Positions 18,429 through 27,148 of a stretch of 64,000 nucleotides of DNA are shown here, piece by piece (positions within the stretch are counted from its first letter, which is position 1; each line of letters starts with the position of its first letter). This DNA is from an uncultured cyanobacterium (GTDB lineage: Bacteria; Cyanobacteriota; Cyanobacteriia; PCC-9006; JAAUQQ01), in contig OY970368.1 of the NCBI GenBank assembly GCA_963718615.1, positions 320,001-384,000 of the forward strand. Reading direction: 5' to 3'. Below the pieces are notes generated by a model. It was given only the letters and a program-made list of their open reading frames with translations, had not been told where the DNA came from and did not search any database. Both the position numbers and the translations under genes were made by a program.

Positions 18429-20969
18429 TTACAGGGGTGTAGGGCTAGAACCCAAAAAACCAGCGATCGCCTGTCCCTGATACCACATCTGAGTTACTAA
18501 CGTCTTCGCATCGCCCAATAGATTAGGCATTCCTAAATTGCCTAAGGTCGTTTGTGTAAAAGTGAGATCTTCCAATCCAGAAGTGATTGGGAAATAAACA
18601 CTATCTTCCGCAGGGTCAAAGTCATAAATTAGGGCATAACCAGACGGATCAATCCAGAATTGATCGGCTCCTGTTCCCCCCCAGAGTTGGTTGAAGCCAG
18701 AGCCACCTATCAGAATATCATTGCCGTCTCCACCGAGAAGTTGATCATTTCCACTGAGGCCTGTGAGGCGATCGTTTCCACCCAGTCCATGAATAACATC
18801 ATCAGAGTTATCTAAGCCTAAAATCTGATTGTCTAGATCGTTCAAAAAGGTAACCGTATTGGCGTTAAAGATCTGGTCGATTTGCCATTCAGCATTCCAG
18901 ACATCAAAGGAATCATGAACACCGATTTGATCCGCAAACATGAGATTAGCTAAATCCACCGCTGCTGTTGTAGATTGGGTTAGGTTATCGAGATTTTCTA
19001 GACTAAAATCAACCAACCAAATTTCTAAGTTGGCCTTTGTTGTAAAGCTGAGCTTGAGATCTGGACCAACTTGAGTGAGTCGTAGATTTTCAGCCTGAAA
19101 ACCGGAACCGATAAACCGCAAACTGTCGACTTCCTGACGGATTGCTTCGGAGGGCATGGTGCCTCGACCGGCACCGCCAAAGTTATAGAATTTGAAGACT
19201 CCGTTAGAATAATCAGAAATCTCCAACGTGTAATTGCCGCCTTGAAGGTCAATAAGAGTGGGAGCAGCATTAATGGAGTGAGAGGGAGGCGAGGTTGGAA
19301 TTGATTGAATGAAAGGACTGAGAACAACCGACTCGATCGGTTGCTCACTTATCGGTTGCTCACTTACCGGTTGTTCACTTACCGGCTGGGTCACGATGGG
19401 CTTAGCTAACTGGATGGGGATGATCGCAAGGGGAGCCTCTGGCTGCGTCTGGGGTTGGGCTGGAAGAATTGGGGGGCTGAGCAATGGGTCGACGATTGAC
19501 GGTTGAAGGACCACGTCTTGAGTGATGGCTGGGTCAATAACCGATTGTTCGGCAACCGATGGTTCAGTCACTGACAATTCGATGGCTGGCCGCTCGACTG
19601 TCAACTGTTTGATGACCAACTGTTCAATGGATGGCTGGTCGATGGATGACGTTGGAACGAATGGCTCGATGGGTGATGGCTTAATTTTTGATCGTTCAAT
19701 GGCCACAATCCTATCCGGTATGGCTACCCAAATTGGTCCCGCACCCGATTTAAGCGCAAGGTCAGGATCAATTGCAGCTAAACTTGCAGCCCCCCGTTCA
19801 ATGATGTTTCCTAGATTAGGAGCTTCTAAAGCAGAAGATGCAGGTAACGTAGCGATTGCAACAGATTCTTTTACAAGCCCCTTTGCAACAGATTCCTGAG
19901 GTCGAGAGGATATCGGCAGAACAGAAACAGGAATGGGAGAACTAGAAGCGAGTTGATTTCTAGGGCGATCGCCCCCCCCTACGATTTCTGGAACACCAGT
20001 CGCTCGAACCTGAACCCGAATTTCTGAGCCTCGTGAACTCAAGGAGGCTCCACGCTTGCCTGAGGGATTCCCTCGCTCAGGCGTTTGCAGCAACGTCAAG
20101 ATCAAGGCAGCAGATAGCGGCGGAACTACAGCTAAACGACTGACGGTAGAAGATTCCGAAGCCTCGCTTTCCCGCATGGTTAGCAGCGCAACTGCAAACA
20201 GCACCACAATCGCAAGCCAACCTTGCAGCCATTCAGAAAGATCAGTCCGTAACGCCTGGAAAAGTGGCGATGTTGTAACTGGCGTAGCTTCAGGCTGAAG
20301 GATAGCATCAGAAGCTTGCCATTTTCCGACTTCGTTGGGACAACTGGGATAGCTAGGATGAGAGCGAGAACTGAATTCGGTGACAAACTTGCGTAAATCT
20401 TCTAAAGACCAAATCCAGTCGGGCGAGCAAATGCCTGTAGCTTTTTGCTGATAAACCGACGTATTCAGAGCCAGCAGAATAAAGGTAGGATAGGCTCCCG
20501 CCGAGGGGGAATCGGCGGATGGGGTATTCAGCCTTTGGAGCAGTTTGAGCTCCAAAACTTGAATATCCACTGAATCCTGTTGGATCGGAAGATAGATGCT
20601 GGGGTCGGGTTTAGGGGGATAAATCCCGACAGCTGTGAGTTGAGCGCTCAGTGCTTCTGGGATAGCAGCATCGGTGTCTTCGCAAAACAGATAAGCCAGG
20701 GAAACTCCCCAGAAGTTTACGGCGGCGATCGCCCCTTCTTGAACTGCTGCGGCTGCGGTGGTTACACAGCATTCAGCTTTAACGGAAAGGGCGGGAAGGC
20801 TGCGATCGCCGACTCCTAACCAAGTCAGTACATCACTTCCAAGAATTAAAACTAGAGCACTACCGGCGGGGGGGCTTAAGGAGCGTGCCACGGTATGGAT
20901 GACCCTCAGCGAATTCAGCAGAATCCTTACGACATCAACAGAAGATATCAAGCTAGTCGCCTGATACAT
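18429..20969 (-). CDS. Membrane-anchored surface protein with a Pro/Ser-rich stalk and C-terminal RTX Ca-binding repeats
   Basis: TM segment WLAIVVLFAVALL, VSEQP repeats, GGxGxDxL nonapeptides (GLGGNDRL, GLSGNDQL, GGDGNDIL, GGTGADQF). Confidence 0.8.
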   Translation of the reverse strand: MYQATSLISSVDVVRILLNSLRVIHTVARSLSPPAGSALVLILGSDVLTWLGVGDRSLPALSVKAECCVTTAAAAVQEGAIAAVNFWGVSLAYLFCEDTDAAIPEALSAQLTAVGIYPPKPDPSIYLPIQQDSVDIQVLELKLLQRLNTPSADSPSAGAYPTFILLALNTSVYQQKATGICSPDWIWSLEDLRKFVTEFSSRSHPSYPSCPNEVGKWQASDAILQPEATPVTTSPLFQALRTDLSEWLQGWLAIVVLFAVALLTMRESEASESSTVSRLAVVPPLSAALILTLLQTPERGNPSGKRGASLSSRGSEIRVQVRATGVPEIVGGGDRPRNQLASSSPIPVSVLPISSRPQESVAKGLVKESVAIATLPASSALEAPNLGNIIERGAASLAAIDPDLALKSGAGPIWVAIPDRIVAIERSKIKPSPIEPFVPTSSIDQPSIEQLVIKQLTVERPAIELSVTEPSVAEQSVIDPAITQDVVLQPSIVDPLLSPPILPAQPQTQPEAPLAIIPIQLAKPIVTQPVSEQPVSEQPISEQPIESVVLSPFIQSIPTSPPSHSINAAPTLIDLQGGNYTLEISDYSNGVFKFYNFGGAGRGTMPSEAIRQEVDSLRFIGSGFQAENLRLTQVGPDLKLSFTTKANLEIWLVDFSLENLDNLTQSTTAAVDLANLMFADQIGVHDSFDVWNAEWQIDQIFNANTVTFLNDLDNQILGLDNSDDVIHGLGGNDRLTGLSGNDQLLGGDGNDILIGGSGFNQLWGGTGADQFWIDPSGYALIYDFDPAEDSVYFPITSGLEDLTFTQTTLGNLGMPNLLGDAKTLVTQMWYQGQAIAGFLGSSPTPL

Positions 20970-21159
20970 TCAATCTTATCGCGAGATGTGAATTCTGTTG
21001 GTCCTATCGGTCATGGAATCCACAAAAAACATTCTGCATTGAACGTTTTAATAGGAGAAATAAACTTTAAGTTTAATATCAATGGCTGAGGTCACTACTC
21101 TCGTGCATGTATTCCTGAGATCTTGACAGCCCCAATGAGCGCCCCGACGAAGGCTCCGC

Positions 21160-21864
21160 TTAGCCCAACGATTCGAGCGTCAAAAGCTCAGTCTCAATCT
21201 TTTCAAAAATTTGTAATAGATGGCCCAGGGGCTGATCGCGTTTGACCATGGGATAAATAGCGCGAATGCCAATGCCCAAGCGCTTGATGGCTCCAATTAA
21301 CTGCCGAAGATCAAGGCTGTGGTTGTGGACCAGCAAAATTCCGAGGGTGGAAGTCAGCAATCCATCCACAGTTTGATGGGGGTAGAAATTGGCGAGTAAG
21401 CCCGAAAAATTCTTCCCCGAAATTTCACCCACTAAGGGGCGAAGCGCGTCAATCCCAATCAATAATTTTTTTAACGCACTGTTGAACCGGATGATTGACA
21501 TCGGGTCAGATTTTTCTAGGTGGGGCAAGATTTTGCCAATCAGCTGACCGACCCATTCCGCTGTCGCTTCATCCGTGTCATTGAGCAGCCGTCGAATCGC
21601 CGGAGAATTGAGGGCACTTTCGCTCTCTTGACTTTCGAAACCCAAGATATCATTGGCTGCTTCTGCCAATATCTCTTCCATCCAAGCATTAATGCTTTTT
21701 TCCCGCTGATTGGCTGCTTCGGCAATGCGCTGGTGGATCGTCGAACTAGTCCGGAAGGGCAAACGTCCAGAGAATTCTTTTTGACCCGCGTTTGATCCGC
21801 TTCCTTTCATAGAGGTATCCGCCCGACCTGCTGAGGCAGGAACTGCTGCCACATCTTTATTCAT
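21160..21864 (-). CDS. HicB-like ribbon-helix-helix DNA-binding protein with a helical C-terminal repeat
   Basis: FSGRLPFRTSSTIHQRIAEAANQREKSINAWMEEIL resembles the HicB/Arc RHH. Repeat ALKKLLIGIDALRPLV / AIKRLGIGIRAIYPMV. Confidence 0.75.
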   Translation of the reverse strand: MNKDVAAVPASAGRADTSMKGSGSNAGQKEFSGRLPFRTSSTIHQRIAEAANQREKSINAWMEEILAEAANDILGFESQESESALNSPAIRRLLNDTDEATAEWVGQLIGKILPHLEKSDPMSIIRFNSALKKLLIGIDALRPLVGEISGKNFSGLLANFYPHQTVDGLLTSTLGILLVHNHSLDLRQLIGAIKRLGIGIRAIYPMVKRDQPLGHLLQIFEKIETELLTLESLG

Positions 21865-22003
21865 GGATATTCATTGTCATCCCGATAAAACACCGGCTGC
21901 TTGCTGTCCCTGAGTCTGTCCGCAACAGCAAAGACCGGATCTGTCTTGACTGAACGGCTCTGGCCTTTGCTTTACTGGCCATTTCTTATTTTATAGCATC
22001 CAT

Positions 22004-22158
22004 TGATATCACGCGTTGACAGAGTTTGCACATTTTGGTCCTGAAACGTCTAGGAAATCCAATGAGATTACGGTTCAATGCCCCAGGAAGATACCGTCCA
22101 GAGAACCCTTCTAAAATCAAATCTGACACCTTGACATGATATCATTTATTGATATCAT
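22004..22158. promoter_or_regulatory. Palindromic TGATATCA boxes overlapping a sigma70-type promoter (TTGACA 22131, TATCAT 22153)
   Basis: TGATATCA at 22004, 22137 and 22150; degenerate TGACACCT at 22124, giving a 13-bp period. Confidence 0.65.
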
Positions 22159-22196
22159 ACATTTATCGACTTTGATAAAGGCTTGGAGGTTTCGAG

Positions 22197-22463
22197 ATGA
22201 CGATGCCTTGTCCCCCTGGAAGATGTAACTGGGTGAGTGACTCTCAGGATCCGGATCATTACTATTGCCTTAATTGTCAACAAGAACGCTGGGTTAACGG
22301 TGAACCGCAGTCCAAGTCAGCGTCCTCGCCCAATGCGGTCTTTGCGTTTGTGGTGTTTTTCCTGTTGCTGCTGGCGCTGTTGAGCGATCGCTTCCAAGCC
22401 CATAAATTCCAGCCGGTTCCCACTAATTCTGTCCCGGCTAATGCTATCTCTGTCGAAAAGTGA
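22197..22463 (+). CDS. Small protein with a Cys4 (CxxxxC..CxxC) N-terminus and one TM helix
   Basis: GGAGG RBS; MPCPPGRC..YYCLNC; hydrophobic VFAFVVFFLLLLALL. Confidence 0.75.
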   Translation: MTMPCPPGRCNWVSDSQDPDHYYCLNCQQERWVNGEPQSKSASSPNAVFAFVVFFLLLLALLSDRFQAHKFQPVPTNSVPANAISVEK

Positions 22464-22481
22464 CATCAAATAATGATGTCG
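22461..22481. promoter_or_regulatory. Second TGAYATCA-N5 double box
   Basis: TGACATCA-AATAA-TGATGTCG, with the same spacing as 22137-22157. Confidence 0.55.
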
Positions 22482-22536
22482 CTTAGAGGTCTACTTTGCT
22501 CATTCTGTCTTCTTTCATGCATTTGGAGTCCTAGTC

Positions 22537-23088
22537 ATGCTTGCGTCCTATCGAACCTGTGCCAAAAATATTCAGCAGTCCATCTACAATCACCCGGTAC
22601 TGCTGTCAGAAAATCCATACCTAAGCGTTTTGGTGGAAGATTCCACCTATTGGCCGCTGTTGCCCAGTACGATGCAGATAGGGGCGATCGAGCGCTTGGC
22701 TCGTCCTTATGCCTTTGTTCGGCTGAATCAGCGGTTTACGGAATATCGACTTTACGAAGCTTGTCTTCAGTTCATCGTTGATAACGCGATGTGTTACCAG
22801 GAACTGCTTTGTTTGGGCGATCGCGTTCAGCAACAACAGCTTCAAGCCTTTATGGCGGATTTAAGAGGCGTAGAGCACCAGCTCAATCAAATTTTGGACC
22901 ACGCAGAATATTGCCGCCTTTCACCGCGCGAATGTCGCTTTTTGGAGAATCTATTTATTCCCCAAACGGTGCCGCCAACTTCAAAGCCGATGTTTCTGGA
23001 TCCGGCACTGTGTAATCTGCCGCCGCGTTTTGGATTGTTGAATGGCGATCGCCCAGGCCGATTTGCTGACAAAGCCGATCACAATTAA
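22537..23088 (+). CDS. Hypothetical protein
   Basis: 183-aa helical ORF with a GGAG RBS. Confidence 0.7.
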   Translation: MLASYRTCAKNIQQSIYNHPVLLSENPYLSVLVEDSTYWPLLPSTMQIGAIERLARPYAFVRLNQRFTEYRLYEACLQFIVDNAMCYQELLCLGDRVQQQQLQAFMADLRGVEHQLNQILDHAEYCRLSPRECRFLENLFIPQTVPPTSKPMFLDPALCNLPPRFGLLNGDRPGRFADKADHN

Positions 23089-23109
23089 ACTTCAATTCGC
23101 TGGAAATCT

Positions 23110-23526
23110 ATGAGTTCTATCCCACCTGCGATTGCCTCTCCTACCAAATGTCCACTCAAATCTCACAAACTACCTCTAGGATTGCTGGCGGGATTGGCGA
23201 TCGCGCTTACGCTGACAAATCCTGGTCAACCAGCTTATGTGGATTATGCAGCTGAACGACTGCCAGAAGAATTGCAGGAGAGCTGTGCGCTACTCGGTGA
23301 AGATATCACGATTGGTAGTTTACTGAATTTGCCGATGCAAGGATTTTGCCGTTCTGCCATTTATGGAGTGGATTTGCTTGCAAGGGGCGCTGCAAAACAA
23401 GTGATTGGTGTCGCAACTGAACGCCAAAACTTTGCGTTGTTCAGCCTCTACACAACCAAAGTTCCTGGGAGAACGTTCAAAACGATTGGTGTTGGAGGGC
23501 TGTTCTTCACAATTTATGGCAGATAG
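23110..23526 (+). CDS. DUF4359-like exported protein
   Basis: Signal helix, then TNPGQPAYVDYA..RQNFALFSLYTT..TIGVGGLF. Confidence 0.8.
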   Translation: MSSIPPAIASPTKCPLKSHKLPLGLLAGLAIALTLTNPGQPAYVDYAAERLPEELQESCALLGEDITIGSLLNLPMQGFCRSAIYGVDLLARGAAKQVIGVATERQNFALFSLYTTKVPGRTFKTIGVGGLFFTIYGR

Positions 23527-23642
23527 CTTTGTTCTCTGTTTGATTTGGCTCTGACATTATAAGGTTTAGACTTTATCCCTGTATTTCGCAGCCCAATGGG
23601 CTGTTCGTCAACCATGATTACTCTATTTCAAGGCGTCATACC

Positions 23643-24467
23643 ATGCAGGAAAAAATCTCTATTCGTCCCTCCATTGCCCTTCTTATAAGCGGTATTGCCG
23701 TTTTGATTACCGCAGCAGCTCTCAAACCTGAGATATTTTCTTTACCTCGGATTTCGCTCACGATGGAGAAACGGAATCCGACGCCCAGCGCAAATATTTC
23801 TGAATCTCCTCCACCATCAGCATCTCAACCCGCACCTCAGCCTTCACCTCAGCCCACAACTCAGGTCCCTCTTTCAGCGGACTCTGGCGATCAGTTTCAG
23901 ATACAGCCATCTCCTGAATCCTCGCAACCTAAAACCGATTGTGTTGAAGGAAATCCAATGCGAACACAGGCTATTCGTTCCCGAGAATTAGCCGATATCG
24001 CTTACAGCCAAGAAAAAAATCTCCCAAAAACCTTGGAGCTTTATCAACAATCACAGCAAGAGTTTCGAATGGCTCGATGTTTTCAGGCTGCTGAGCAGGT
24101 TCAAATAGGAATTGATAAAGTTAGACAACAGATGGAATCTGCGCAACCGTCGATTTCATCAGAACCCTATGCGCATCAAGATTGTGTACCAGGCAATCCT
24201 AACCGAACTCAAGCGATTCGTACACGAGAATTGGCTGACATTGCCTACGATCAAGAGCACGATTTGAACAAAGCTCTAGAACTCTATAAAAAGGCTCAGC
24301 GAGAATTTTGGGTTGCTAATTGTTTTGAAGCTGCAGAACAGGTTCAAATTGGCATTGATCAGGTTCGTTATGAGCTGAGGGCGATCGCTCCCGCGAAGGA
24401 GACTGATACCCAACATCTAAGCAAAAACAACCGTGCGATTACAATAGCTGAAGACTCGATGTTGTAG
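23643..24467 (+). CDS. Membrane-anchored/exported protein with two ~63-aa Cys-bracketed helical repeats
   Basis: N-terminal TM helix, Pro/Gln linker, then two copies of DCVxGNPxRTQAIRxRELADIAY..CFxAAEQVQIGIDxVR. Confidence 0.8.
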   Translation: MQEKISIRPSIALLISGIAVLITAAALKPEIFSLPRISLTMEKRNPTPSANISESPPPSASQPAPQPSPQPTTQVPLSADSGDQFQIQPSPESSQPKTDCVEGNPMRTQAIRSRELADIAYSQEKNLPKTLELYQQSQQEFRMARCFQAAEQVQIGIDKVRQQMESAQPSISSEPYAHQDCVPGNPNRTQAIRTRELADIAYDQEHDLNKALELYKKAQREFWVANCFEAAEQVQIGIDQVRYELRAIAPAKETDTQHLSKNNRAITIAEDSML

Positions 24468-24473
24468 ATGCAA
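24396..24473 (-). repeat. Diverged 78-bp copy of the purU 3' end (direct repeat of 25655-25732)
   Basis: 9 mismatches in 78 bp by hand count. Encodes LHLQHRVFSYCNRTVVFA* versus purU LHLQRRVLSYRNRTVVFA*. Confidence 0.9.
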
Positions 24474-24511
24474 ATACACTACAAAAGCTCCGGCATTGAT
24501 GCTTTAGCCTC

Positions 24512-24815
24512 TTAATCCATCAGCCAGTCAAAGAGCTGTTGAACCGTGAGGGCGATCCTTCGGAGCTTGGCGAAGCCAATCGCATCTGCAAAGTCCGGAA
24601 CGGGTAATTGGACTTGTGGCTGGTCAAAAAACTGTGGCGTTTGATTGGGTTGGTAAGCAAAAACACCAGATTCCTGGGGATCGATCATCCAACCCATAGC
24701 AGTGCCGTGTTCTAAGCAGTGGAGGATATTGCGGGTGACTTTTATTTGGCTTTGGTCAGGGGAGAGAACGATACCTGTCCAAGTGTTAACAATTGGACAG
24801 ATATCATCTCCAGCC
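24512..24815 (-). pseudogene. Uma2 (DUF820) endonuclease, C-terminal remnant
   Basis: LSPDQSQIKVTRNILHCLEHGTAMGWMIDP..LPVPDFA..LTVQQLFDWL. No N-terminus; catalytic PDW..EI is degenerate. Confidence 0.8.
24552..24583. repeat. HIP1 site split by a 24-nt double mini-hairpin insertion (SDR5-like)
   Basis: GCG[ATCCTTCGGAGCTTGGCGAAGCCA]ATCGC, containing hairpins TCC-ttc-GGA and TGGC-gaa-GCCA. Confidence 0.75.
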
Positions 24816-25622
24816 CTAGCGATCGCCCCGCTGCCGCAAATACTCCTCCATCCAGGCCAACTCTGCCTCCGGCCATCCCGGCTTCGGCTCCTGACGATAA
24901 TCCACAATCAAGTCATAGCCCGCCTGCTCATACAACTCATCCAGAATCGATCGCAACACCACCAGCGGCTCCTCCTCCCCCTGTCGCAACGGCAATGCAA
25001 ACACCGGCAACGGCTGCTGCACATTAAACCCATACAACTCTGCCCGAGGCCGCTGCTCACTGCGACTTACCAGCACCCGATAATGACTCGGCACCAGATC
25101 ACCCAAGATCGCCATCGGCTCCCCCGCGTGGAGCAAATCAATCTCAATCAAATGGGTCCGGCTGGCCAATATCTGCTGCCGCTTGCGCTCATACTTTTCC
25201 CGTCCCAGCCCTCGCTTATTGACTGGTGACAACACCTCGATCGTCGTCACCACCTGCCCCGTCGCCACATCCCGAATTTCCAGGTAGCCCAACTGCACTT
25301 CCTCAGGCATGGGCACAATAACGGTGCTCGGGGTTGTTGGCATCACCACAGTGGCACTGCTCCCCTCTGTCGAGGTCTGGGGTCGGGCCACTGTCGAAGG
25401 GGTTTGCACCGATAAATCTGGCACCCCAATCAACAAAGAATTCAAGCCGTCTGTTTGATAGACCGCCTTCTCAATCGCCACCCGATAGGTAGGCCTCAGC
25501 TTCGGACCAAGGGCAATGGCAATCCCGCTAATCAATCGATGGTGAACATCTGGCCAAAGCTGGGGATGCTCCAAATATGGATCCATGCCAGGGAAGGGAG
25601 ACGGCATCACCGAATGCTCCAA
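24816..25622 (-). CDS. DUF4058 family protein (PD-(D/E)XK-like)
   Basis: MPSPFPGMDPYLE..VPD..IEVLSPVNK..HLIEIDLL. Confidence 0.92.
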   Translation of the reverse strand: MEHSVMPSPFPGMDPYLEHPQLWPDVHHRLISGIAIALGPKLRPTYRVAIEKAVYQTDGLNSLLIGVPDLSVQTPSTVARPQTSTEGSSATVVMPTTPSTVIVPMPEEVQLGYLEIRDVATGQVVTTIEVLSPVNKRGLGREKYERKRQQILASRTHLIEIDLLHAGEPMAILGDLVPSHYRVLVSRSEQRPRAELYGFNVQQPLPVFALPLRQGEEEPLVVLRSILDELYEQAGYDLIVDYRQEPKPGWPEAELAWMEEYLRQRGDR

Positions 25623-25675
25623 ATGATCTTGCCCCTAGCCTAGCACCTCTCTTCAAGGAAACTGATACCCAAAAT

Positions 25676-26530
25676 CTAAGCAAACACAACCGTCCGATTG
25701 CGATAGCTGAGGACTCGCCGTTGTAGATGCAATCGTACCGCGCGGGCCAACACCATTCGCTCTAAATCCTTACCCTTGCGGATCAAATCCTCCACTCCAT
25801 CCCGATGGGTCACCCGTTCCACATCCTGTTCAATAATCGGTCCCTCGTCTAAATCTGGCGTGGCGTAGTGAGCCGTTGCACCAATGAGTTTGACACCGCG
25901 ATCGTAGGCCCGGTGATAGGGTTTCGCTCCCGCAAAAGCCGGTAGAAATGAGTGGTGAATATTAATCACATGGGGAAACTGGGCCAAAAATGCATTGCTT
26001 AAGACCTGCATATACTTGGCTAAAACCACGAGATCGATATCGTAGGCTGCCAGCAATTCTAGCTGTTTCGCCTCTTGTTCCGCCTTGTTTTCCTTCGTAA
26101 TGGGAATGCAGTGAAAGTCAATGCCAAATTGTTCTGCTGTGGGGCGCAACTGTTCATGGTTGCTGAGAATCAACGGAATTTCAGCATTGAGCTCCCCGGC
26201 CCGCTGTCGCCAGAGCAAATCCAACAAACAATGATCCTGTTTCGTCACCCAAATGGCAATCCGAGGCCGTTCATCGGAAAAATGCAACTGCCAGTCTGCA
26301 TCCAGGGGTTTAGCAATCCCCTCAAAGGCTGGACCAATGATTTCGCGTCGTAGGTTGAATCCTTCAATTTGCCACTCAATCCGGCTGAGGAACAAGCCCG
26401 CTGTAAAATCGCGGTGGTGGTCCGCATGGATGATATTGCCCCCATTGGCAAAAACAAAGTTGGCTAGCTTTGCGACAAGGCCCAATTGATCTGGGCAGGA
26501 GAGCAGCAAAATCGCGGTAGGTCCATGCAT
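25676..26530 (-). CDS. purU: Formyltetrahydrofolate deformylase
   Basis: SCPDQLGLVA, LAKYMQVLS, INIHHSFLPAF, GATAHY..LDEGPII. Confidence 0.97.
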   Translation of the reverse strand: MHGPTAILLLSCPDQLGLVAKLANFVFANGGNIIHADHHRDFTAGLFLSRIEWQIEGFNLRREIIGPAFEGIAKPLDADWQLHFSDERPRIAIWVTKQDHCLLDLLWRQRAGELNAEIPLILSNHEQLRPTAEQFGIDFHCIPITKENKAEQEAKQLELLAAYDIDLVVLAKYMQVLSNAFLAQFPHVINIHHSFLPAFAGAKPYHRAYDRGVKLIGATAHYATPDLDEGPIIEQDVERVTHRDGVEDLIRKGKDLERMVLARAVRLHLQRRVLSYRNRTVVFA

Positions 26531-26582
26531 AGGAAAAAGGGCAACTCTATCAAGGGCGTTTCTATTCGTACCAAAAATCGGT

Positions 26583-26990
26583 CTAACGGTCTGGATTCTG
26601 TAGATCTTTTTCAACTTCTTCAATCGTTCGAATCACGAGTCGCTTGGCCTGGAGTCGCCAGCCGAGTTTTTGGATATAGAAGGCGATCGCCCCCCCAAAA
26701 AACGTCGCCACCAAATCCAACGGCTGCTGAAACGAAATTCCAAAGAGGAGTCCCAATCCTGCAATCCCCCAGAACGGTAAGGCAACCGTCTGCCGCTGCG
26801 TTTCAATCAGCTTCTGTACAGGATCCGTAGGCATTTCTGCCAATAATTCTGCTTTGACCTCCTGCTGCTTTTGGGGCGGCAGCAAGAGACCGATTTTCCG
26901 CCGCAATTTCTCAATTTTTCGCGCATCAGTGCTGTACTGGGTCAGCTCGTCTTCCGCCATCAAAATCAGTTGTTCTTGTTGTGAGGCCAT
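26583..26990 (-). CDS. Conserved cyanobacterial hypothetical membrane protein
   Basis: MAEDELTQYSTDARKIEKLRRKIG plus two TM helices. Confidence 0.75.
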   Translation of the reverse strand: MASQQEQLILMAEDELTQYSTDARKIEKLRRKIGLLLPPQKQQEVKAELLAEMPTDPVQKLIETQRQTVALPFWGIAGLGLLFGISFQQPLDLVATFFGGAIAFYIQKLGWRLQAKRLVIRTIEEVEKDLQNPDR

Positions 26991-27148
26991 CTGTTTTCAA
27001 CCTAAAAATTGATGATTGATTGAGGCATCGGGCTCCTGGGGACTGGGCGAACCATTCAGCCGCATGTAACCCAGTCCTTGAGTGTGGGACATTTCTGGGC
27101 CAGTTGTCTAGGGTTTTAGTAAAGCGCCCGTAATCCGACGATAATCCC

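Noticed and set aside
20970-22196. HicAB toxin-antitoxin pair
   Set aside because: No small basic HicA-like ORF flanks the HicB-like gene.
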